DNA of 64,000 nt from Yuukianura sp. NJ FZ-2021 (Eukaryota): assembly GCA_046563655.1 (NCBI GenBank), contig CM102288.1, positions 620,001 to 684,000 on the forward strand, read 5' to 3'. A program made the position numbers and the translations under genes. The notes beneath the pieces are model-generated. The model searched no databases. It saw only the letters and a list, made by a program, of their open reading frames with translations, and was not told the origin of the DNA. The first letter of the stretch is position 1. Every line of letters starts with the position of its first letter. Positions 1 through 9,544 of this stretch are shown in pieces.

Positions 1-715
1 ATGGTGTTTTGAAAAAACAATATTTTGGAATTTTTTAAATTTCCATAAAAAAGGAAAATGCACTGTAGTGAATTTGTTAGCCTAATCCTGACTTTTTCCA
101 AAAGTCCTTCTGTAGAAAGTTAGAAGGTGTGATGGTGTTTTAAAAAAACAATATTTTGGAATTTTTTAAATTTCCATAAAAAAGGAAAATGCACTGTAGT
201 GAATTTGTTAGCCTAATCCTGACTTTTTCCAAAAGTCCTTCTGTAGAAAGTTAGAAGGTGTGATGGTGTTTTTAAAAATCAATACTTTGGAATTTTTTAA
301 ATTTCCATAAAAAAGGAAAATGCACTGTAGTGAATTTGTTGGCCTAATCCTGACTTTTTCCAAAAGTCCTTCTGTAGAAAGTTAGAAGGTGTGATGGTGT
401 TTTGAAAAAACAATATTTTGGAATTTTTAAATTTCCATAAAAAAGGAAAATGCACTGTAGTGAATTTGTTGGCCTAATCCTGACTTTTTCCAAAAGTCCT
501 TCTGTGGAAAGTTAGAAGGTGTAATGGTGTTTTGAAAAAAACAATATTTTGGAATTTTTTAAATTTCCATAAAAAAGGAAAATGCACTTTAGTGAATTTG
601 TTAGCCTAATCCTGACTTTTTCCAAAAGTCCTTCTGTAGAAAGTTAGAAGGTGTGATGGTGTTTTAAAAAAACAGTGTTTGTTAAGTTTTTAAATTTCCA
701 TAAAGAAGGAAAATA
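1..715. repeat. Tandem satellite, ~131-bp unit, ~5.5 copies visible (probably continues left of the window)
   Basis: Unit ATGGTGTTTT...GAAAGTTAGAAGGTGTG recurs at ~1, 133, 263, 394, 523 and 656 with few substitutions or indels; the last copy is degenerate. Confidence 0.95.
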
Positions 716-851
716 CGTGTTAGACAATTAAAATTCGAGAGTATGGGAATCAAATAGTAACAATGAAATTTCCGAATTGAATCTCAACTGAAACCTCTCA
801 TTTAGTATATAATGGTGGATTAAATAAAGTATATTAAGCATTTTTAAGTAG

Positions 852-1669
852 TTACCTGTCAGAAATGACGTATTGGTGACTGAGTGTTTGCCAGTAGAAG
901 ATGATGCTGACAATACAGATCAACAGAAGTACTGGGATCATGATGAACGTTATGCACATTGCCGGTGCTGTGTTGAATTTGATCCAGCCCAACAGTACTA
1001 CGTCCACAATGAACAGGAATATTGACACTGAGTTGGCCAAAACCTTGAGAAATTACACAAACTTTTCGGCAAATACTTTAATTTTTTTTTAGAATTTGTT
1101 AAATTTTTACCCAAGCTAGGTCAATATAAAAAATGAGAAGATTGTGCGGTGACTGAGCGGCCAACTTGATAGAATTGACCTTCGCAATTGCTTCAATATG
1201 TGGAAGCAGACAAGTACAGATCATTATGGACTGAAATTCGAAAAACATAAAATTTTGAACCCGAATCTCAAAAAATTTCAAAATTTTCCAAAAATCTTAC
1301 CAACAAACAAGCACTGACGAGCAGCGATGTCGTAATTACAAAAGCCGACAGTAGGAACTCATTCGTGTCAGGTTGAATCTGCAGTTCAACCGTCGCTACG
1401 ACCGAGAATCCTGCCATTCTGAAAACCAAAATTTGAAAAAAATTCAAAAATCTGAAGAAAAAAAATTTCAAAATCTTTCTTTCAAAATATCTCCAAAAAT
1501 CTTACAGTGCCGCAATTTCCGTTACACCTTTGAGCTTTGCCTTGCTCAACTGCAGGCGTCTCCAAATCAATTGTTCAGGCTCCGTTTTGTCATCGTCTAA
1601 ATTTTCCACTTCCCGCCCCAATTCGTCCAAAATGTCCAGTCCAATGCCCCTGTCCATGTCCATTTTCAT
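852..1669 (-). CDS. Orai: Orai-family Ca2+ channel paralog A (4 exons visible; 3' end may continue beyond a last intron)
   Basis: GT-AG splicing gives WRRLQLSKAKLKGVTEIAALMAGFSVVATVELQI (TM1), FVITTSLLVSACLLSIMICTCLLPHIE (TM2), SPH..YIDLAWVLANSVSIFLFIVDVVLLGWIKF (TM3), IMIPVLLLI..FYWQTLSHQ (TM4). It ends at ISDR followed by AG|GTAACT, which is either a stop or a splice donor. Confidence 0.9.
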
Positions 1670-2446
1670 CCACTACACTGTCACTTCTACACTAATTGCG
1701 CAGATCCTGATTCTAACTTCTGCGCACCTCCACTTCCATCCTGTTGACCTCCGTGACCTCAGATTTAGATTTCCACTTTAGTAAAATTTCAAAGTCTCAA
1801 AATTCCCCTTGACCACACACTCAAACTCCGTCTTGGCTTTTCTACCAGGAAAAAACTGTAAATTGTCAAAATTGACAAAATAGAGCACGGTTGTGGTTTG
1901 TAGGTTAATTGACCATTAAATTCAAACTAAACTGCGCCTGTACTTAAGAAACAAACAAGACTCAAAATAAATGCAAAGTTTAGCTTAGAAGTTGAGTTCC
2001 GAATGATTCGTTTTAGGTTCCACTTGGACAGGGAGATTTAATTGTGCAGTTCAAGTGGAAAATAAAAGGAAGTTTTTATGTCCAAATTGTAAAAAGTTGA
2101 AGGTTCCCCGTGTGCTCACTTGTCTACACTTACTTTTAGTACTTTAACTTCCCTCAATTGCAGTATAACTTAAAAGTCTATAACCAAGGAGTAAGTCTAT
2201 AGTTATGTAAACTCATAGAATTACATAGTATATGAAAAAAAAGAACGAAAACCTAACCACAACTTAACAATAAAATGTTGTGGCAGTGCTGTTTAAACTC
2301 TCAATTTCAGCAGATCGGGACTTCAAACAGGAAAAATTGCTAAAAATTAGCAATTCAGAATTTAAAATCGTAAAAAGACAGCACTAAGTAAAGTTTAACA
2401 AAAGATTTAAATTTTTTCAAAATTTTAACATAGTGTTATGTTAAGG

Positions 2447-3349
2447 TCACGGCGGGACGTTGACAGTAGAGGCGTCGTCAGAGAGTTTCCGTTTCAGTTG
2501 ACCTTTTGACCTCACACTTCCGGATCGAAGATGCTCCAATGCAAATAAAGTGTCATCTTCAATGTCATCTTCGTTTGAATTACAATAGTCTTGGCCAAAG
2601 AGGCGTTTCTGAAGCAGTTCTCGCCAAAAGCGAATTGCAAAGTAAGCCATTAGGAGAATCGTGGGCGAGATGACGGCAGTTCCAGAAGTAGCCACAATTT
2701 TTGAAACGTTTTGAAATTTGATCCAAACGATCAGCATCATGTTGATGGTGAAGAGTACGACCGTGCCGGTACTGGCCATAAGCCAGGTGACCTCAAAAAA
2801 AAATGTTTAAAAATTTCTAAATTTCAAAATTTTCCAAAATTCTAATTCCTTACTTGTATAATGACCTGATCTAAGCGAGATAAAAAATAGAGCTGGTGGG
2901 ATTTGAACCTAGAAGTGAGTCCAGTTTCGACCAAAACGTTGTCCAGTTCCTCATTGGCTGTCATGAACGGAACAAGTGCTGCTGTGAACAAAATTACAAA
3001 TGCTGCCATAGAAGTTAGCAGAACTGTAGTCACTGAGAAGAGAGTTAGCAGCCAGGGGTCAGCCGTCTCGTGACCTTGGAGGTCAGCCACTGAAGACTAA
3101 AAAGTACAAAAGAGGCAGTTTTCTAAAAGAAGAGTTTTTAGAATAAAATTTTTAAGAATTTTGAAAAGTTACCATGCAGAAACCTCCAATGAGCGCCATG
3201 AGGCGAATGACCCCACTTAACTTTGCCTTGTACAGAGCAAAAGTTGGCTGCCGTGGGTGGACTGGAGGTGGGCCGTCAGGAACCTGAAACTCAAACTGTT
3301 CCGACCCACGTCCCACCGGAACAACGTCCATCCGAATAGAAATGCTCAT
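2447..3349 (-). CDS. Orai: Highly divergent Orai-family paralog B (3 exons: ~3173-3349, 2853-3096, 2447-2791)
   Basis: LYKAKLSGVIRLMALIGGFCM|SSVADLQ (TM1), WLLTLFSVTTVLL..LVP (TM2), W..TVVLFTINMMLIVWIKF (TM3), ISPTILL..FAIRFWRELL (TM4); four-TM spacing as in Orai and position inside the cluster. Confidence 0.8.
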
Positions 3350-3933
3350 CGTTTTCAAAATAAAACACGAAATGTCGACTGTTTTCAAATTGACACTCAC
3401 ACTAAATTCTCGGGGTTGTAACAACAAAAAAATTTGACAAAAATTGCAACTTTTTAGGAATTTTTTTTAGAATGGATTAATTTGGGAGTGTAATCAATTG
3501 ATTGCAAAGCTTTATCAGCTCAACAAAGCACAATTGATTCTGTCAAACTTTGATTTGTTCGCATTTTACAAAAAGAAAAATCGAGTCTGCTAAATATCAT
3601 TTGCAAAAAATTAAATTTTTTGAATTTAGAATTTGGAAAAGACTGCAGCTTTTTAATACAACTGTGTCGCTGTTCATGAGGGCGATTTGCGTTGGCACAA
3701 ATTGCAATTTCAATTTGTACTCTGTACTGTTTAAAAATTAAAAAAAAAAATTAAAAAAATAACCTTTAAAAAAAATATGTTTTCATGCTTCGTAAAACTA
3801 AAAGTAAAAATATAAATAATTTATTGCTCCCGCTAATATTTGTTTCTCCAACTTTAAAAAATAATTTAGTAGATTTTTAAATCTTTTGAGAGAACTAATT
3901 AAACCGTCATTTAAAAATATGGAGCTGCAGTTT

Positions 3934-4825
3934 TTATACATTATGAACAGCGTTACGTGCATACCTGACGGTTGTATTCCCTGAAGAAGCGGAAGCGATA
4001 GATGATGAAGTAGAACTAAGATGTCGGAGTGCCGCTGTCGTTTCAGCGACAGAGTCGTTGCTCATTGCTTGACCTTCACTGGCAAACTCCAGTTGTTCGT
4101 GCATCCTCTCAAGGTCATCGTACTTTTTTGAAAAGACGTTGTACTGATGAGAAACTATTTTCCGGTAAAAGACGATACCAAACACTAAAATGACAATGAG
4201 GACTGGAACCATGATGCACGTCGCAGCGTAGGCAGCGACCATTGAAAAAAATGCAAACTTGATCCAGCACATGAGGATAACGTCGAGTGTAAACAAAAAC
4301 AGCGACACCGTATTGGTCAACACCCAGCAGAGGTCAATTAGTCGAATCATGGAGTCATGGGGAGAAAGTGATACTTGAGACACAAGCGACATCTTGGACA
4401 CTGCACTAATGTGAGGCAGGATGCATGTTCTGCAAATTCAAAAATCTCAATTTTATTTTGACCTTCTGACAATTTTTTGAATTTCTACAGTTGAAATTTT
4501 TGAAAGTTGAGCTTACGAGATCATGACAGCCAGAAGAGAAACTGAAACGAGAAGCGACGTCGTAACTACAAATGCAGTCATCAGAGCGGGGTTGGCGTCT
4601 TCGTCATTGATTTGTAGCTCCACGGTCACAACCTAAAGAACAATTTTTTCAAAATTTTGAATTTTGGTGAATTTTGAATTTTAGGAAACTTACAACGGAG
4701 AATCCTGCAAAGATTTCAGCCATTTCTGCACAATTGGCCAATTTCGATTTACTGAGATGAAGTCGCCGCCATGCCAAGAATTCTGGAGTATTCATTTCAT
4801 CTTTGTTCAAACCATGAAAATCCAT
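3934..4825 (-). CDS. Orai: Orai-family paralog C (3 coding exons: ~4694-4825, 4517-4632, 3934-4429)
   Basis: AWRRLHLSKSKLANCAEMAEIFAGFSV|VVTVELQINDED, TTSLLVSVSLLAVMISTCILPHI, SPHDSMIRLIDLCW..LFTLDVILMCWIKF, IMVPVL..FYRKIVSHQ. The start codon is tentative because a splice acceptor lies just upstream. Confidence 0.92.
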
Positions 4826-5589
4826 TTCAAAACTGAAAAAAAACACTAGTTTAAAAAAAGAAGACACAATTTCACAAAATTTTATCAAAAATTGTAATTT
4901 GAGATGTTTCCAAACCCAGCTGCGTAAACACTTAAAAATTTAGGCTCCACTAATTCCCTCAGAATCCGTACTTCAATTTAGTCAATCGCAATTGAATCGG
5001 TCATTTTTTGTCGAAACTTTTCACTTTTGTGGTTTAGCACTAAATTGTCGCTTGTAAAATTCAGTCTTGAATTCGGTCAAGTTGTGTTTCTTCCGAGAAC
5101 TTGCAAAATATTTACAAAATACGGAACTTTTTTCAGTTTTATCTAATCCCTGGCCTAGAGAACGTCAGTAGCTCAAATCCACTTCTGTTTTCGTCTAACC
5201 TTTTTAGTCACCTAAACTTCAATCTGCACAAGGTTTTGTGTAAATGACTTTTAATACGCCTAATCTCAAACACATTGTTCCCTCAACTGGAGGCTCCAAG
5301 ATAAGCTACCGACGTTAACTACAACACACTTAAACATTTAAACTTAATCTAACTCAATTTCCATTGCAATCACACAAAAAGAAAAAAAACTCAAAATGTC
5401 TTTACAAACTTTAGAAAAAATGGAGGTCAAATGCACAGTTTATAAAGATTTGTAAACATGTAGCTCATCGATCATTTAAAAGTGTCGAAAACATACCAAA
5501 AGTTTGGAAATTTTGGAACTTCGAAAGCACTTTTTACCAAAAATTGCTGCTAAACTACAAACGAAATTTTAGCAAAAGCTCGGGAGATT

Positions 5590-6903
5590 TTAGACGTTGA
5601 TGATTGGCGGATCCAACTGACGCTTCATTTCTTCTAGTTCTTGGCATTTCAAGTCAGAGATCATGTACTGATGGTGCACAATTCTTCGGTAAAAAACGAC
5701 TCCGAACAGACAGACACCGAATAGCACAGATGACAGGAGAACTGAAATTGCAAATTTTACAAAATCCGTTTTTGAAACTTTTTTTTTGAAAGTTTTTTTA
5801 TGTAAGTTACTTGTAGCACACCAACTTGCTACTTCTGAAAAGTAGGTGAACTTGATCCAGCAGAGCAGAATGACATCGAGTGTGAAGAAGAAGATGGACA
5901 AAGTGTTGCCAAGGACCCATGACAGGTCAATGAGGAACATCATGGAGTCATGCGGAGACTCATGTGCTGAGGAATACGGTGCTAACTTGGCCACCGTCTC
6001 AATATGTGGCAGAATACAAGTCTACAAAAAGTTAAAAACAGAACATGTTTAGATGTTAATGATTTTCATGGTTGGCATTTGTTGTACTTTGGGTATACAA
6101 CTTACGGAAATCATCACTGCCAACATGGTCGTGCTGTGGAAAATTCAAATTGAAAACATAAGAGAAACAACATGATTTTAGAATGCCAACATTGAATTTT
6201 ACAAAATTAACTTGCGAAAATGCAAAGCCATGGAGTCCTTTTTACTTACCAAACGAGAAGTGATGTTGTGATTGTAAATGCACACAAGAGGTAAGGATCT
6301 GGATCGTCATTGATTTGCAATTCCACAGTGGCTACCTTGCAATTCCAGAAAAAAATCATAATTTTTCTCAGAAATTGCGAATTTTGAAAAATGCAAATGA
6401 AATTATGTGAGAATTTGAATTTAGTTGGCGACATACCACGGAGAAGCCGGCCATACTGTTTCACATGCACCCAAAAACAAAAAAGTATAAACATAGAACA
6501 AAATTTTGGCGAATTTGAAATTGCAAAAAAACTTACACTGCTGATATTTCAGTGATTCCTTCCAATTTGGCTTTGCTGAGATGAAGGCGTCGCCAAGCTA
6601 AAAACTCCGGCGTGTTCACATCCATTTGCTCCGTGTCTTCAAACTGGAACTTCTGGCTCTAAAAAACGCAAAGTTAATTAAAACTTAAACTAATTAAAAA
6701 CCATAAAGTGAATATTTGAATGTTCATACCGGTGCCGGGAGTTCTTCGAGCTGAAATGTCACCGAACCACAGTGGGGACTTTCGTCTGCAATACTCCATG
6801 ACACCGATCGTGGCTCCGAAGCTACCCGGGTAGCGACATTCGTCGGACTTGTCGGGGGACTCGGATTTGGCGACATTGACGGAAGACTCTGCGATGGTCG
6901 CAT
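5590..6903 (-). CDS. Orai: Orai-family paralog D, copy 1 (7 exons including 19-nt and 28-nt micro-exons)
   Basis: Pro/Ser-rich N-terminus MRPSQSLPSMSPNP; AWRRLHLSKAKLEGITEISAV|MAGFSV|VATVELQINDD; TTSLLVC|TTMLAVMIS|TCILPHIE; ESPHDSM..FTLDVILLCWIKF; FYRRIVHHQ..ELEEMKRQLD. All junctions are GT-AG and phase-compatible. Confidence 0.93.
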
Positions 6904-7355
6904 GATGTCACCCTTCCTAATAATGCTCTGACACAAACTAAGAACTGCGAAAAATTCAGATACTCTCACTCAGTCAAACTTGCAAAAAACTTTTCGCATA
7001 ATGAAGAACTCTGCGTACCTCGAAAATTAGAGTTCGAATTTAGTTAATTTATGAAAATGAAATTAGAAAACAAGATCATGTGCGAAAAAGAATGACAGAA
7101 GACGAAAGTAAACACATTCGCTTGACAGGAGATTTTGCAAGAAGCAACTATTCTGCATCACAACTTTTGTTACAACACAGAATTAATTTTAAGTCAATCT
7201 TAACTTACATTCGTTTTGTCAACATTTAATAAACAAGAGCGGACAGATTTAAAAGTAAAATTAATAAAAGACTAGAAGCATGGTTTCGAAAAATTATCAC
7301 TTTAAAATTCTTACTTCACTAAAAATTAACGTCAAATAAATTACTTCATTTAGCC

Positions 7356-8883
7356 TTATTCACTCAACGGAAAAAAATAGTTTTGTTCAAAAATTCCTTC
7401 CCCACTGACTCCACCGCTGTAAGTAACGTTGTAGTTGTAAATGAGATGCTGCGATTCATCTTCGTAGGATCCAAAAGTATGACGACTCTTCCGAGCTAAA
7501 GACAAATCAAAAACAAATCTAGTAAAGTAAATGCAAAATTTCAGTTTTATCCCATACGAATTTGTAGAAATTTACCTTGGTTGACCAAAAACTGTGCAAA
7601 ATATTGGCCGATGAGGACAGCTTCACTTGTATGCGGAATGTTTTTCTTCCAGCTCCACTCGTACATGTTCTTCTCAGGGTGGAATTGGATTCCAAAGAAT
7701 GGATACTTTTTAGATTCTATGCTGGATACAAACAGAGGCTCAAGAGAGTCATTGGACCATGACAAAACGTTGTACTGCTCTTCTATTGCACTGTGCTGTT
7801 TTAGTGTGTCCTTGGTTACACAAAAGTGATGAAAATTCGATGCTAATGGTTGGTTAGCCAGCAGCTTCAGAACGGTCGCTGGAGCGCGCTTGAACAGTTC
7901 ACTGTATTTCGCCACTAAAAGTCACATCAAAACCGGTCACTTATTAAACAAATGTTTTCCAGGTCAATCAATTACGTTTTCAGTTTTTCAAAGACATCCA
8001 CTGTAGACTTACACTGTGTAAACTGTAAAGTGGTGCTGATGTTGTAGGAGTTGCAATTGGCCAGTACTTCTGTTCCTAGAACTTCGTAGATCAAGTACTC
8101 GAAGCCAAGACATGTTCCCCAGACGGGGAAGTGATCTCCGTTGTCATTGGCTTCTCGGGCAAGAGTCATCAAGTACTTGGCAGCACTCGCATATCCAGAT
8201 TCATTGAAATAAACTCCTCCCCCGGGCAGAAGTAACCTAAACAGAGGAATCAATGTATTTTCACTATAAGTTTTCTGGTTTCACTATTTAGCACAATCAC
8301 CCATTGATTCCTTGAAATATTTGATCGTAATATTCCCGCGTCTGATTAATCCTGTAGTAATTCCAGGTTCAAAAATTAGATTCAATTAAAACTTCTTAAT
8401 TTTGTTTCAATTTTACTCACTTTACGGGCACGACTCTGCCACCACCTCCTTCCACAAATTTAACATAGGATGCTGCAATATACGAAAGTGAGGGTTCGTT
8501 GACCTTGACCTTCCCGTCATTGTGGTACTCCTGAGCCAGTATTCCTGAAAAAAAAAATCAAACGGTTATCACTATTGTGAAATTGTGATCAATTCCATCA
8601 CTTTTTAAAAGATTCAATTTTGACAAACAGCTGATTTTTCCCACACTAAAAAGAAACTTTTTTTTGCTACTAACTAACCGATAATAGGTCGGTCATTCCA
8701 AAAGCCTCCTGCTTCTGCTGAAGCAAGTTCAAGGTCAGCGTCTTGCGAAGTAACAGTGTAAATGAAGGCAATACCAATTGCCAAACTAAAAATTACTACA
8801 AATGTCAGTGCCAAAAGTGCTAAGAATCTGAAAGAACAAAGAACGTTGTCCTCGTCCTCACGCTGAATTCTGTCTACTTCCAT
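7356..8883 (-). CDS. GGH: Gamma-glutamyl hydrolase (peptidase C26), copy 1, with N-terminal hydrophobic segment
   Basis: NDRPIIGILAQE, SYIAASYVKFVEGGGGRVVP, LLLPGGG, FPVWGTCLGFE (catalytic Cys), NFHHFC, YPFFGIQFHPEK (catalytic His), LIYNY; 6 exons. Confidence 0.93.
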
Positions 8884-9544
8884 TATGTCCAACCAATTGC
8901 TCCAAGTAAATTGACCCCGAACTTTGACTTTTCTCCAAAGGTTGAAGGATTTTCATTTTCAAAAAACTTGGTTTAAAAAATCAACCAGAACGTCAAAAGG
9001 TTACAGTTTCTAAAGAAAATGTAAACCCGATGAGAATAGGAAATTAAAATCTCTACAGAGATTTTTAGAGCTAAAAATGCCTCCCCTCCCCATTCCCCAC
9101 CCACTATCAGTAGATTATACTGCCAAAATATAAAGGCGATGAATCAATAATCTCTGCAGTATGGCTTTGGATGAGCGCTTTTTGCACAGATTCGCAATTC
9201 GCACATTTGAGCGTCAAAAATGACTCAAATCCAACAGCGAATTGTCTAATCTAATCAAGACCTTTGACCTTATTTAGTAGTGAAAGCCAGATCCTGATAA
9301 GAATTTCACAAAAAAATTTAAGCAAACTGCTGTTTTCATTATTTCGGCAAACGTTTATGAATTATTAGCAAAAATATCTTCAAGAGTTGGATTGAAATTA
9401 TTGAAACTTGCTAGAGAAATTACTTATGTATTATGGAATCTATGAAATAAATCAAAAGTTAACTTACTACGACGTTTTGTTCCAGTAGGAGAAAATCTTG
9501 AAAATTGAAAGTCGATGTTTCTTCGTGATCTTTGTAAAGATATC

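Larger units (their letters stand above)
5590..9426. repeat. Segmental duplication copy 1 (Orai-D + GGH); partner at 28194-33305
   Basis: Colinear similarity through exons, introns and intergenic DNA, from the Orai-D stop codon to ...CTAGAGAAATTACTTA. Confidence 0.95.
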
